Shown: positions 29,398 to 42,689, numbered from the stretch's first letter. The stretch is DNA of 64,000 bases from Candidatus Omnitrophota bacterium (GCA_041653115.1 JBAZGA010000006.1:734-64733); one strand, 5' to 3'. Notes: a model not told the origin generated them from the sequence alone. Translations and numbers: made by a program.

Positions 29398-30201
29398 ATG
29401 AAAGGAAAGATACGCTTGGTATTACCGCCTCTGATTGTGCTGCTTCTGACAACTGGCCTAGCCTTCTCTGCCAACACACTCTGGGCGGCGGACACAGAAA
29501 CAGGAATGAGCGTAAGTATGCCGGCAACGCCTGTACCGGCGGTCACGGAAATCGTGGGCGGTGACAAAGCAACATTATCTCCAACCCGCTTTCCAGAATT
29601 CTACGATGCCTCCAGCGACAATCCCGCGTGCGATCAGAAGATAAGGGCATTAAACGGTCAGTGGCTCTGGACGCCCAGCCCGTATACGGGCAGAAGGCAT
29701 AGCAACGCACCGGCAAGTGACCCGGGGTTCACTGCTATATCAGGGCTGACTAAGGAGAAGTTTAAAATTCCCGCGCAATACAAAACCACTGCCAAGCTCT
29801 TGATTACCTGGACAGTGCGCGTATTAGGCGAGAAACCGAGCCCCTGGCCAATCTGGCCCAGCCTATGCAGTCCCTGGCACGGCACATCCTATCAGCGCTT
29901 CCGCGGCGGAGACGTAGAAACGCAGTTGTATGTCAAGGCGAGCAATAAATCAACCTGGGAAGCAACCGGGGCAAAGGCATTAATGACCGTGCCCGACGGC
30001 GGCACAGCGAGCATCACCCAGCCGCGCGATCCCACGCTGACCGGCAGCTATGTCTTAGAACCGGATACGTTTGGCGGGACATTCCCCGATGCCATAGACA
30101 TACAGATCAGGTGGCACAACTTGACGTCGCTAAACATCTATAGCCCGGCTAAGATGCGGAACTTGATTATCACCATGGTGCCGATTACTACGCAAGATTA
30201 A
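29398..30201 (+). CDS. Secreted hypothetical protein (~268 aa)
   Basis: A GGAGGTG Shine-Dalgarno lies 6 nt upstream of ATG 29398. Signal peptide MKGKIRLVLPPLIVLLLTTGLAFSA. No family recognised. Confidence 0.55.
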   Translation: MKGKIRLVLPPLIVLLLTTGLAFSANTLWAADTETGMSVSMPATPVPAVTEIVGGDKATLSPTRFPEFYDASSDNPACDQKIRALNGQWLWTPSPYTGRRHSNAPASDPGFTAISGLTKEKFKIPAQYKTTAKLLITWTVRVLGEKPSPWPIWPSLCSPWHGTSYQRFRGGDVETQLYVKASNKSTWEATGAKALMTVPDGGTASITQPRDPTLTGSYVLEPDTFGGTFPDAIDIQIRWHNLTSLNIYSPAKMRNLIITMVPITTQD

Positions 30202-30203
30202 AT

Positions 30204-31112
30204 ATGCAGGGAAGAAATCACGCCTCTAAAAGAGTGAGAGGGTTCACTCTTTTAGAGGTAGTCGTAAGCGCGTTCCTGATTGCTATCGGGATAGGGGTCC
30301 TGGTCAGGCTGGTTTCGGTTGGCCGCTTTTTCCTGTTGCGTGCAGAAAATAAATCCAAGGCAATGAGTGTCGCCTTGGTCAAAATGGAAGAATACCTGGC
30401 AAAATCCTATACCGGCTTAGAAAAAACAACATCTCCGGTCTCGGGTACCGATACCAAGAACAAGGTTGACTGGGTAGTCAATATCCGTAAAAAATACGAG
30501 GGTTCTTCCAAGGTAACCGGCCAAATTCCCATACCATATCAGCTTATTGAAGTAAATGCAACCTATAATGAAACCGATGCCGGCGGCAAGACCGAAACCA
30601 GGGCGGTGCGGCTGGAAAATATCATTCCTTATCCCCTGCTGCACAGTAAGACCATAGAGGTTATCGGGGATAAGACAATGAGAGTGCCCTATAAGTCCTA
30701 CCAAAAAATACCCGGATTAGAGACCAGCTTTAATTATGAGGTGCCAAAAAATTTTCTCGTAATCTATAATATCGCCATCAGGGTTGACGAACCCGGGAAT
30801 ATCCAAGCTCACCACACCATGCACACCGCCTGTTTTCTGCGCTTCCCCAACGGAGAGCTCAAGGGCCCTCTGCCGATAGAAACCGGCACGCCGATAATCA
30901 GTCAGCCTTTAATCAATAATGCCGTAGGAATGACCGATAGGGTTTACCTGGTAGGCCCTGGCTACATCGATTTCCCGCTGCCCCCGCTTCCTACCGGCCA
31001 AAAATATACTGTTGAGATAATGTGGTATAAAGATACCGAGCTCGCAGACGAAGGTAAGGTCAGTTTGCGGGAGGCGAACTTAACCGTGATTGCCATGGAA
31101 AATGCGGAATAA
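30204..31112 (+). CDS. Pseudopilin / minor pilin-like protein with a class III signal peptide
   Basis: MQGRNHASKRVRG|FTLLEVVVSAFLIAIGIGVLV shows Gly at -1, Phe at +1 and Glu at +5. 302 aa. Confidence 0.65.
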   Translation: MQGRNHASKRVRGFTLLEVVVSAFLIAIGIGVLVRLVSVGRFFLLRAENKSKAMSVALVKMEEYLAKSYTGLEKTTSPVSGTDTKNKVDWVVNIRKKYEGSSKVTGQIPIPYQLIEVNATYNETDAGGKTETRAVRLENIIPYPLLHSKTIEVIGDKTMRVPYKSYQKIPGLETSFNYEVPKNFLVIYNIAIRVDEPGNIQAHHTMHTACFLRFPNGELKGPLPIETGTPIISQPLINNAVGMTDRVYLVGPGYIDFPLPPLPTGQKYTVEIMWYKDTELADEGKVSLREANLTVIAMENAE

Positions 31113-31665
31113 GCTATCTAAGGGCTTAAGCCTGGTAGAATTAATTGTCGCCGTAATATTAGTAGGTACTCTCTTTATTACTTTAGGGACGGGTTATGCC
31201 TTTATTTACGGCCGGATTACAGCGAACCTGAAACTACAAAAGACGCTCCTGCAAATAGACTACACCCTGGAAAATATCCGGCTGCACTGCCTTAGCGCAA
31301 GTAAAGTCGCCGACGGTTCTTTATTCCCGGCGGGCACAACCAGCCAGAAATCCAGCTTACAATTCCAGGGAGAAAGCAATATTTACAATATCACGCCGGA
31401 TGATTTAAGCGATAACCTAGAATATACTTATAGCAAAGATAGCGAAGGGAACCTGGTGCTTTTAAGCGCGGCGATCCCCGGTGTTACTAGCTCTACAATT
31501 ACTATTATACCGAAAGAAGTCCTGGTGGATAAACAGTATGCGCCGCAGATAACCTTTCAGTATACCCAGGGCACAGAACCGAATTTCCTGAGCGTCACTA
31601 TCGATACGCCGCTGACCTCAAAAACCGAAGGCGTGAGGTTCTGGTTTACGGAAGTGGTAAAATGA
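31102..31665 (+). CDS. Pseudopilin / minor pilin-like protein with a class III signal peptide
   Basis: MRNKLSKG|LSLVELIVAVILVGTLF shows Gly at -1 and Glu at +5. The start could be 31090 or 31102. It overlaps the upstream stop. Confidence 0.6.
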   Translation: MRNKLSKGLSLVELIVAVILVGTLFITLGTGYAFIYGRITANLKLQKTLLQIDYTLENIRLHCLSASKVADGSLFPAGTTSQKSSLQFQGESNIYNITPDDLSDNLEYTYSKDSEGNLVLLSAAIPGVTSSTITIIPKEVLVDKQYAPQITFQYTQGTEPNFLSVTIDTPLTSKTEGVRFWFTEVVK

Positions 31666-32075
31666 TCTGGATAATCTCTTTAGTGCTGACAATTTTCTTT
31701 ATCTTGAGCGGGGTCTTTATCGGCTTTGCGCCTCCAGCACATAGCCTCGTAGAGAAGGATTTTTTAAATCGGGCTGGTTATTATGCGCGTCTGGAAGGCC
31801 TGCAATACGGCAATATCTGCTTAAGGGCAAAAACCATGGATCCGGCTGTTGCCAATGCTAACTCCCCGCAAAGGCGCCGAGTCATTCAAAGCGAGCTCTT
31901 TACCGCCGCTGTGCAAACTACAGAAACCCTGCAAAGAACAGTTTATAGCGACATTCAGGTCTTGCCTGGCGCGCCGGCTACTGTTAAAGCAACTGCCGAC
32001 TTAGTCCAGCCCAAAACCCCGCCCGCGCCCCAGCCGCAATCGCTGCTTTCTGCGCCTACGCAACCGGATAATTAA
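31662..32075 (+). CDS. Small N-terminally membrane-anchored protein, last gene of the pilin-like operon
   Basis: One N-terminal TM segment (IWIISLVLTIFFILSGVFIGF) and a Pro/Gln-rich C-terminus. Its start overlaps the upstream stop (ATGA). Confidence 0.45.
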   Translation: MIWIISLVLTIFFILSGVFIGFAPPAHSLVEKDFLNRAGYYARLEGLQYGNICLRAKTMDPAVANANSPQRRRVIQSELFTAAVQTTETLQRTVYSDIQVLPGAPATVKATADLVQPKTPPAPQPQSLLSAPTQPDN

Positions 32076-32086
32076 ACGATAACAGG

Positions 32087-32740
32087 TTAAATAATTAAGA
32101 CAAACTCTCCGCGCGGCCGATGTTTTTTAAAATATTCTCCGGCAAAAGCCGCGGGCATGCGGATAACCTCTTCAAATTTCTTGGTGAGTTCCCTGGCCAG
32201 GACAACCTCTTTATCCCCGAAAACCGCCCGGATATCCTCCAGTGCCGCAATCAGGCGGTGGCAGGACTCATAAAAGATAAGCGTATATTTCAATTTAGCC
32301 AGTTCTTGCAGGCGGTTACGCCGCGCTAAAGAGCGGTTAGGCAAAAAGCCCGCAAAGATAAATTTATGCGCCGGTTTACCCGATAAAACCAGGGCGTTAA
32401 GAAAAGCAGCGGGGCCGGGAATACAAGTTACCGGAATATTATTTCTTATGGCTAAGTTGATGAGGTGATAGCCGGGATCAAGAATGCCTGGAGTGCCGGC
32501 ATCCGAAACCAGGGCAATGGATTTGCCTTCCTTTAAAAGGCCTAAAAGAAATTCGCCTTTTTGCAGCCGGTTATGCTGAAAATAGCTGGTGGTAGGCGTC
32601 GCGATAGAGTAATGCCCAAGCAGGATTTTTGTGTGGCGGGTGTCTTCACAGGCGATGCAATCAACGCTGCGTAAAATTTCCAGGGCGCGCAGGGTGATGT
32701 CTTTCAGGTTACCGATGGGGGTAGCGACGATATAAAGCAT
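32087..32740 (-). CDS. rsmI: 16S rRNA (cytidine1402-2'-O)-methyltransferase
   Basis: Tetrapyrrole-methylase fold with N-terminus LYIVATPIGNLKDITLRALEIL...CEDTRHT. Confidence 0.8.
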   Translation of the reverse strand: MLYIVATPIGNLKDITLRALEILRSVDCIACEDTRHTKILLGHYSIATPTTSYFQHNRLQKGEFLLGLLKEGKSIALVSDAGTPGILDPGYHLINLAIRNNIPVTCIPGPAAFLNALVLSGKPAHKFIFAGFLPNRSLARRNRLQELAKLKYTLIFYESCHRLIAALEDIRAVFGDKEVVLARELTKKFEEVIRMPAAFAGEYFKKHRPRGEFVLII

Positions 32741-34578
32741 TATTCTACGGTCACTGACTTGGCAAGGTTGCGCGGCTGGTCCACGTCACAGCCGCGCTTT
32801 ACGGCGATGTGGTAAGCTAACAACTGTAAGGGAAGCGCCACGACCAGCGGTGAAAAAAATTCATCCACCCGGGGGACATAAATAATCTCCCGCGTCAATT
32901 CTTTAATTTTATCATCGCCTGCGCTGGCAATGGCAATGACTTTGCCGCGCCGCGAGCGGATTTCCTGGATATTAGAGAGCATTTTTTCATAGACTTTTGA
33001 TTCCGGCGCAATACAGACCACCGCGCGGTATTCGTCAATTAAAGCAATCGGCCCATGCTTCATCTCGCCGGCAGCATAACCTTCCGCCGGGATATAAGAA
33101 ATCTCTTTTAGCTTAAGCGCTCCCTCTAAAGCCGAAGGATAATTGATGTTCCGGCCTAAAAAGAGGAACGAGCCGAAATGAGAATACCGGCGCGACAAGG
33201 CCGCAATCGCTGCCTGGCCCTTTAAAATCTCCGCCTGGCATTTAGCGATGCCTTTTAACTCATTTAGGTAATGGGTAATTCGCGCCGGGGAAAGCGCCTT
33301 TCTGATCCCCGCCAAATAAAAAGCCAACAAATACAGCGCGATCAGCTGCGCGGTATACGCTTTGGTGGAAGCTACGCCGATTTCCGGCCCGGCATGCGTG
33401 TAAATTACTCCGTCGGATTCCCTGGTCAGCGTAGAACCCAGCACATTACATATCGAAAGTACCGGCGCGCCGAGCCTGCGCGCCTCTCTGACGCCGGCTA
33501 AGGTATCCGCCGTTTCTCCGGACTGGCTGATCGCAATCACCAGGCTATCCGCATCAATCAACAGCTTGCGGTAGCGGAATTCGCTGGACATCTCTATGGA
33601 GACGGGAATAGCGCAGAGCGATTCTATAATGTATTTGCCCACTAAGCCGGCATGATAAGCTGTGCCGCAGGCAACGATAGTAATATCCTTTATTGCCTTG
33701 AGCTTCTCTTCGGGTATATCCTGTTCCTCAAATAGGATCTGATTAGTCTCCTTGTGCAGCCTGGAGCTCAAAAGGCTCTCTGTATTCCCGGGCTGCTCAT
33801 TAATCTCCTTCAGCATAAAATGCTTATAGCCGTGTTTCTCTGCCTCGGCGATATCCCAATTAATGTGCACTGGTTTTTTAGGTAGCTCTTTGCCTGCCAA
33901 GTCGGTCACCTTGAAATCAGTTTTAGTCAGAACCGCGACTTCTCCTTCTTCCAAAAAAACCGCTTCTTTAGTATACGCCAAAACTGCCGGCACATCCGAG
34001 GCAAGGAAGTTTTCGCCTTTGCCTACGCCTATAATCAGGGGGCTGCCTGAGCGCGCGCCAATCAGCTTATCCGGCTCCCGCCGGGAAATTACTCCCACGG
34101 CAAAAGACCCTTCGAGCCTGGCCAAAGCTTTTCTTACCGCCTCTTCCAGGGGCAGCTTCTGGTAAAACTTCTCAATCAGGTGGACGATTACCTCTGTATC
34201 GGTCTGGCTGACAAAAGTATGGCCTTCTTTCAACAACTCTTTTTTGAGTTTGGCGTAATTTTCAATAATGCCGTTATGCACTAAAGCTATCTCTCCCTTA
34301 CAGTCTAAATGCGGGTGGGCATTAGGCCGGGTGGGCGCGCCGTGAGTAGCCCATCTGGTGTGGGCAATGCCTGCCGTGCCTGCAAGGGGTTTTTTCTTAA
34401 GCAGCTTTTCCAGGGCGCTGATTTTGCCGGGAGTCTTGCGTAGGGAAAGGGTATCGTTTTTTAACGGGACCAGGGCCATACCGCTGGAATCATAACCGCG
34501 GTACTCTAAGCGCTTCAGCCCCTCAAGAAGGATGCGCTGCGCCGGTTTTTCTCCGATATAACCGATTATACCACACAT
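32740..34578 (-). CDS. glmS: Glutamine--fructose-6-phosphate aminotransferase
   Basis: N-terminal nucleophile MCGIIGYIG and two SIS domains. 612 aa. Confidence 0.95.
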   Translation of the reverse strand: MCGIIGYIGEKPAQRILLEGLKRLEYRGYDSSGMALVPLKNDTLSLRKTPGKISALEKLLKKKPLAGTAGIAHTRWATHGAPTRPNAHPHLDCKGEIALVHNGIIENYAKLKKELLKEGHTFVSQTDTEVIVHLIEKFYQKLPLEEAVRKALARLEGSFAVGVISRREPDKLIGARSGSPLIIGVGKGENFLASDVPAVLAYTKEAVFLEEGEVAVLTKTDFKVTDLAGKELPKKPVHINWDIAEAEKHGYKHFMLKEINEQPGNTESLLSSRLHKETNQILFEEQDIPEEKLKAIKDITIVACGTAYHAGLVGKYIIESLCAIPVSIEMSSEFRYRKLLIDADSLVIAISQSGETADTLAGVREARRLGAPVLSICNVLGSTLTRESDGVIYTHAGPEIGVASTKAYTAQLIALYLLAFYLAGIRKALSPARITHYLNELKGIAKCQAEILKGQAAIAALSRRYSHFGSFLFLGRNINYPSALEGALKLKEISYIPAEGYAAGEMKHGPIALIDEYRAVVCIAPESKVYEKMLSNIQEIRSRRGKVIAIASAGDDKIKELTREIIYVPRVDEFFSPLVVALPLQLLAYHIAVKRGCDVDQPRNLAKSVTVE

Positions 34579-34610
34579 AAATTTCGATTAACTGTCAGGT
34601 AATAAATTTA

Positions 34611-34685
34611 CGTCCCCAACCGGATTTGAACCGGTGTCGAGAGCTTGAAAAGCTCTTGTCCTAGACCAGGCTAGACGATGGGGAC
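34611..34685 (-). tRNA. tRNA-Glu (anticodon TTC)
   Basis: Minus strand: GTCCCCA TC GTCTAGCCTGGTCTAGGAC A AGAGC TTTTCAA GCTCT...GGTTCAAATCC...TGGGGAC G. CCA is not encoded. Confidence 0.8.
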
Positions 34686-34689
34686 AAGA

Positions 34690-37119
34690 CTATTCTTCTT
34701 CCGCAATCACCGGGGCAATGCAGGAAACGCGGTCCTTATCTTGCAGCTTAATCAAACGCACGCCTTGGGCAGAACGGCCTGTTTCGCGGATGTCTTTTAC
34801 GGCGCAGCGCAGGAAAATCCCGTTTTGCGTAATTACCATTAACTCGTCTTTATCGCTGACTGATTTTAAATTTATTGCCTCGCCGTTTTTATCCGTAACC
34901 TTGATATTAATTACGCCTTTGCCGCCGCGCGAGGTCAGGCGGTATTCCTCTATCGTTGTGCGCTTGGCAAACCCCAGAGACGTCACCGTTAAAACCTCGG
35001 AACCTTTTTCCGCGACCACCATATCAATCACTTCGTCCTTCTTGGCCAAAGAAATACCGCGCACGCCTTTTGCTGCGCGGCCCATATCGCGCACCTTGGT
35101 TTCGGAAAACCTGACTGCCTTGCCCAGGCGCGTGCCGATTAACAATTCTTTCTTGCCGTCGGTAAGCTCAACCCCGATTAGCTGATCGTCTTTTTCTAAT
35201 GTGATGCCGATAATCCCGGCCTTACGGGGGTTGCCATAGGCGCCGAGTTTAGTCTTCTTAATAATGCCGTTTTTAGTGGCCATCACCAGATATTGATCCG
35301 AGGTAAACTCCTTGACCGGGATAGTGGAGCTGATTTTAGCGCCGGCTTCCATCTGGACCAAATTTATAATTGCCTTGCCTTTGGAAACCTTGCTTGCCTG
35401 CGGGATTTCATAGACCTTTAACCAGTGTACCTGGCCCTTATCGGTAAAAATCAATAGGTAGTCCTTGGTGGAAGCGACAAACAAGTGCTCAATAAAATCC
35501 TCTTCTTTCAGCTCGGCACCCATCACGCCCCTGCCGCCCCGCTTCTGCTTACGGTAGGCGCTCACCAGCAGGCGCTTGATGTAACCGCCGTGGCTGATCG
35601 TTACCACCACATCCTCGTCGGCAATCAGGTCTTCTACCTCCAGCTCTTCCACCTCTGCGACAATGTCGGTCCTGCGCTCATCCCCGTATTTTTTCTTCAG
35701 GCCTTCCAACTCCTCTTTAATAATCCCCTCGATCTTCTTTTCGGAGGCCAGAATCGCCCGGCAGAGCTCAATCTTTTTCAGGAGCTCCGCGTATTCGGCA
35801 TCCAGCTTGTCGCGCTCCAGCGCAGTCAGACGCTGTAATTGCATCTCTAAAATCGCCTGTGCCTGGAGAGCGGAAAGCCCGAATTCCTTCATCAGCCGTT
35901 CTTTGGCCTGCTCCGTATTTTTGGAAGTTTTAATCGTCTTAATAATCCGGTCGATAAATTTCAAGGCGATTTTTAGGCCCTCCAGGATATGCGCGCGCGC
36001 CAGGGCCTTTTCTAATTCAAATTGCGTGCGCCGGCGGATAATTTCCTTACGATGGGCAATATAATAATCGAGCATCTGGCGCAAATTCAAAACCCGCGGC
36101 CGGTTTTCTACCAGCGCCAGCATGATAATCCCGAAAGTCCCTTCTAATTGCGTGTGTTTAAAGAGCTGGTTTAAGATAATCTGCGGCTCGCTGTCGCGCT
36201 TCAACTCAACGACAATACGCATTCCGTCCTTGTCGGACTCGTCGCGGATATCGGAAATACCGTCGATCTTTTTCTCGTCCACGAGCCCGGCGATTGACTC
36301 AATCAACCCGGCTTTCTGCACCTGGTAAGGGATTTCGCTGATTACAATTAAATCCTTGCCGTTCTTTTGATGCTCCACGGTAGCCCTGGCGCGCGCAGTG
36401 ATCTTGCCTTTGGCGGCAGTATAGGTCCCTTTGATGCCGGCTTTGCCGCAAATCACGCCGCCCGTAGGAAAGTCCGGCCCCTTGATGTAATGCATCAGGT
36501 CTTTGAGCTCGGCAGCGGGGTTATCCAGAAGGTAAATAATCGCTTCCGCCACTTCATTTAAGTTGTGCGGCGGGATATTGGTCGCCATGCCTACGGCGAT
36601 GCCGCTTGAGCCGTTTACCAGAAGGTTGGGCAGGACCGCAGGCAATAAAAGCGGCTCTTTTAAAGAGGCATCAAAGTTCGGCCCAAACTCCACTGTATCT
36701 TTATCTATATCTCCGAGCATCTCATCGGAAATCGCGCTCAAGCGCGCCTCGGTGTAGCGCATCGCTGCCGGGGCGTCGCCGTCCACAGAGCCGAAATTAC
36801 CCTGGCCGTCAACCAGGGGATAGCGCAGGGAAAAATCCTGAGCCATGCGCACCAGGGTATCATATACCGCCACGTCACCGTGCGGATGGTATTTGCCCAA
36901 AACTTCTCCGACGATACGCGCGCATTTCTTATAGGGCTTATTGTGCTCCAGGGCCAATTCCCGCATCGCGTAAAGGATCCTCCTGTGCACGGGCTTTAAT
37001 CCATCGCGGATATCGGGAAGGGCGCGGCCGACAATTACGCTCATCGCGTAATTGAGGTAAGAATCCTTGACCTCGTCTTCGATATAAATCGGAATTATTT
37101 TTTCGTTCCTGGCATACAT
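34690..37119 (-). CDS. gyrA: DNA gyrase subunit A
   Basis: 809 aa with the active-site region AAMRYTE and a C-terminal beta-pinwheel. Confidence 0.95.
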   Translation of the reverse strand: MYARNEKIIPIYIEDEVKDSYLNYAMSVIVGRALPDIRDGLKPVHRRILYAMRELALEHNKPYKKCARIVGEVLGKYHPHGDVAVYDTLVRMAQDFSLRYPLVDGQGNFGSVDGDAPAAMRYTEARLSAISDEMLGDIDKDTVEFGPNFDASLKEPLLLPAVLPNLLVNGSSGIAVGMATNIPPHNLNEVAEAIIYLLDNPAAELKDLMHYIKGPDFPTGGVICGKAGIKGTYTAAKGKITARARATVEHQKNGKDLIVISEIPYQVQKAGLIESIAGLVDEKKIDGISDIRDESDKDGMRIVVELKRDSEPQIILNQLFKHTQLEGTFGIIMLALVENRPRVLNLRQMLDYYIAHRKEIIRRRTQFELEKALARAHILEGLKIALKFIDRIIKTIKTSKNTEQAKERLMKEFGLSALQAQAILEMQLQRLTALERDKLDAEYAELLKKIELCRAILASEKKIEGIIKEELEGLKKKYGDERRTDIVAEVEELEVEDLIADEDVVVTISHGGYIKRLLVSAYRKQKRGGRGVMGAELKEEDFIEHLFVASTKDYLLIFTDKGQVHWLKVYEIPQASKVSKGKAIINLVQMEAGAKISSTIPVKEFTSDQYLVMATKNGIIKKTKLGAYGNPRKAGIIGITLEKDDQLIGVELTDGKKELLIGTRLGKAVRFSETKVRDMGRAAKGVRGISLAKKDEVIDMVVAEKGSEVLTVTSLGFAKRTTIEEYRLTSRGGKGVINIKVTDKNGEAINLKSVSDKDELMVITQNGIFLRCAVKDIRETGRSAQGVRLIKLQDKDRVSCIAPVIAEEE

Positions 37120-37120
37120 G

Positions 37121-39861
<2,741 letters not shown>

Positions 39862-39867
39862 CTTTCA

Positions 39868-40959
39868 CTAACCCAGGCGCATCGGCAAGACGATATAAAT
39901 ATAGCCGTCAATACGAATCACCCCGGGCTTTTCGCTGTCCGTCAACTCGAATTCTATAACTTCCTGCGGCAGGCTCTTTAAAACATCGGCTAAATAGGCC
40001 GGGTTAAAACCAATAGCCATCTCTTTGCCGCGGTATTCTACGGATACCTCTTCGTGAGATTCTCCGATATCAGGTGTAGATTTAGAAACCACCAGTTTAT
40101 CCTTGAAGACCTCCAGCTTAATCGCCTGATAGTCCGGCGTAGAAAGCAAGGCTGCCCTTTTTACCGCCAATAAAAACTGCTCGCGGTCCAGCTTAACCTT
40201 ATTCTCGGAAGCCGGTGGCACAACCTGCCGATAGTCCGGGAATTCTCCTTCGATTAGACGGGAGATAATGATCACTCCTCCTAAATCAAATAACACCTGA
40301 TTCCCTCCCAACACCAGAGATAACACCCCTTCGTCTTTAAGGTTGCGGTTGAGTTCTTGGATTGTTTTAATCGGCACAATGATGCTGACTTCTTTATCAA
40401 CCTCCTGCTTGAGTTTCCTCTCTACAATTGCCAATCTTTTACCGTCTGTGGCCACAAAAGTAAGGTTGTTTTTGGTAATTTTAAAAAGTATGCCGTTTAA
40501 AATATACCTTGTTTCGTCGGAAGAAACCGCAAAAGAGGTGAGCGCCAGCGCTTCTTTAAGCAGCAACTGCTCCAACCTGATTACCTCTTTATCTTTAAAT
40601 TCGGGTAGTTTGGGGAACTCTTCGTGGGCTAATCCCATAATTTTAAACTGGCAGGTGTTGGTCTCGATTAGCAATAGGTTGTTTTTTTTGCTGTTTACTT
40701 CTATTGAATTGGCGGGCAACTCCCTGACAATATCGCCAAACTTTTTAGCCGGCACGGTAATTGCTCCAGCTTCTTTGGTTTCCACGGGTATTACACAGCT
40801 TATTCCTATATCTAAATCTGTGGCTGTCAGCCTGAGATTATTAGCCTGTGTTTCCATAAGGATATTAGATAATACCGGCAATGCTGCCTTTGTGGTAATT
40901 ATGTTCTGTACGGTTTGGATTCCGCTTAACAAAACTTCTTTTTCCACACTAAACCTCAT
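39868..40959 (-). CDS. dnaN: DNA polymerase III beta sliding clamp
   Basis: 363 aa with a three-domain clamp organisation. It lies next to dnaA. Confidence 0.9.
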   Translation of the reverse strand: MRFSVEKEVLLSGIQTVQNIITTKAALPVLSNILMETQANNLRLTATDLDIGISCVIPVETKEAGAITVPAKKFGDIVRELPANSIEVNSKKNNLLLIETNTCQFKIMGLAHEEFPKLPEFKDKEVIRLEQLLLKEALALTSFAVSSDETRYILNGILFKITKNNLTFVATDGKRLAIVERKLKQEVDKEVSIIVPIKTIQELNRNLKDEGVLSLVLGGNQVLFDLGGVIIISRLIEGEFPDYRQVVPPASENKVKLDREQFLLAVKRAALLSTPDYQAIKLEVFKDKLVVSKSTPDIGESHEEVSVEYRGKEMAIGFNPAYLADVLKSLPQEVIEFELTDSEKPGVIRIDGYIYIVLPMRLG

Positions 40960-41098
40960 TTTAACTCTCCTTTAATATTAATAAGTATATAATATATATC
41001 GTATTGGTAGTAATAGCTGTTTTGTTTCTGTTGAAAAGCCCGCAACCACCGCAATTTTAATAAATTAAAGAAAACATTCCCCGGGCATAACCCCTGAA

Positions 41099-42439
41099 TT
41101 ACTGTTTAATAATCTGGATAACCCGCTCAACCCTGTCTTTTAACCCGATATCTTTTATTAACCCTTCCTTAATCTTGTTATATGAGTGTAGTACCGTAGT
41201 GTGGTCTTTCCCCCCAAAAAAACCGCCTATCTCCGGCAAGGATAAATCCGTTAATTCCCGGCTCAAATACATTGCTACCTGCCGGGGTAAAACAACATGC
41301 TTATTGCGCCGCTTGGTTTTAAAATCCTGCAAAGAGATGCCGAATTCTTCAGCCACGCAGCGCTGGACGAAATCCACGGTAATCAGTTTCTTGGGTTCTT
41401 TCAAGAGGTCTTTTAACACTTCCCGTCCCAATTCCAGGGTTATTGGCTTTTCTTCCAATAAAGAATAAGCGATCGTGCGGATGAGCGCGCCCTCCAGCTC
41501 CCGGATATTAGTCTTAATCAGCTGGGCGATAAAAAATATGACTTCGTCCGGCACGGGAACAGATTCGCGTTCGATTTTCTTTTTTAAGATGGCTACGCGC
41601 GTCTCCAAGTCAGGCGGCTGGATATCTGTGGCCAGCCCCCAACTGAACCGTGAAACCAACCTGTCCTGCAGGTTGGCTATCTCTTTGGGCGGCCGGTCGG
41701 ATGAGATGATGATTTGTTTGTGGGCGTCATACAGGGTGTTGAAGGTGTGGAAGAACTCTTCCTGGGTTGATTCCTTGCCTGCAATAAACTGGATATCGTC
41801 GATAACCAGGATGTCTACTTTATTCCGGTATTTCTGCCGGAAGCCGGCGGTAGAATGGTGTTGGATGGCGTCGATTAATTCATTGGTAAACCGCTCCGAG
41901 GTTAGATAGCAGATTTTTGCCTGGGGCGAATTTTTGATCACCTGATGACAAATCGCCTGCATCAGGTGGGTTTTCCCCAAACCCACCCCTCCGTAGATAA
42001 GCAGGGGATTATAGGTCTTGGCAGGAGAGTCTGCTACTGCCAGGGAATAGGCATGGGCGTGCCGGTTGGAAGACCCGATGACAAAGTTCTCAAAGGTATA
42101 GCGGGAATTTAACCCTTGGCAAATCTGGGGTTCCCGCGCCAGCTTGACCGCCATTCTTTCGCTCTGTGTATTACTCAGGGCATCAGCTACGGCCTCTCCC
42201 ACCTCTAACTCGACCACGGTATCTTCCTGGCTCTGCCGCTTCAGCGCCTCGCGGATCAAGGGCAAGTAGTTTTTTTCAACCCAGTCCTTGAAAAATTTAT
42301 CCGGTGCCCGGAGAGTCAAGTGGCGGGCGTCATTTGCCTGGAGTTTTAAAGGCGCAATCCAGGTTTCAAAAGCCTCTTTACCTAAACGCTCCCTTAAATA
42401 CCCTGCGACCCTATCCCAGACAGTCTGCGTTCCTTGCAT
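41099..42439 (-). CDS. dnaA: Chromosomal replication initiator DnaA
   Basis: AAA+ Walker A GVGLGKTHL and a C-terminal DnaA-box-binding HTH. 446 aa. Confidence 0.95.
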   Translation of the reverse strand: MQGTQTVWDRVAGYLRERLGKEAFETWIAPLKLQANDARHLTLRAPDKFFKDWVEKNYLPLIREALKRQSQEDTVVELEVGEAVADALSNTQSERMAVKLAREPQICQGLNSRYTFENFVIGSSNRHAHAYSLAVADSPAKTYNPLLIYGGVGLGKTHLMQAICHQVIKNSPQAKICYLTSERFTNELIDAIQHHSTAGFRQKYRNKVDILVIDDIQFIAGKESTQEEFFHTFNTLYDAHKQIIISSDRPPKEIANLQDRLVSRFSWGLATDIQPPDLETRVAILKKKIERESVPVPDEVIFFIAQLIKTNIRELEGALIRTIAYSLLEEKPITLELGREVLKDLLKEPKKLITVDFVQRCVAEEFGISLQDFKTKRRNKHVVLPRQVAMYLSRELTDLSLPEIGGFFGGKDHTTVLHSYNKIKEGLIKDIGLKDRVERVIQIIKQ

Positions 42440-42689
42440 CGGCCTTGCTCCGTGCGGTTTTTATGCTATTCACAGTTTATTCACAACTTGTATAACTCTG
42501 TGGAAACATTATAGCAGAGAAAAAAGCGCTTGCAATAAAAAAGATAAGCGTGGATTATTATACAGTAGTTTGCCCGCGCGTCAATATAAAATTCAGACCG
42601 CCGCCACCTTTCTTTAAACTATATTGACTTCCCTCGATTTTATGTTATAATTAAAAAACTATTTCTATTTTAAGGAAGGACGCCGGGTA
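42440..42689. other. Candidate oriC / dnaA control region with two tandem DnaA boxes (CTATTCACA at 42466-42474, TTATTCACA at 42477-42485) and weaker box-like sites
   Basis: The boxes match TTATNCACA. The region sits between divergent dnaA and rpmH, where gene orientation switches, and is AT-rich (caataaaaaagataagc, caatataaaattc). Confidence 0.55.
42624..42651 (+). promoter_or_regulatory. Sigma70 promoter for rpmH (-35 TTGACT at 42624-42629, 16-nt spacer, -10 TATAAT at 42646-42651)
   Basis: Read from the sequence. The rpmH ATG lies ~40 nt downstream. Confidence 0.6.
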
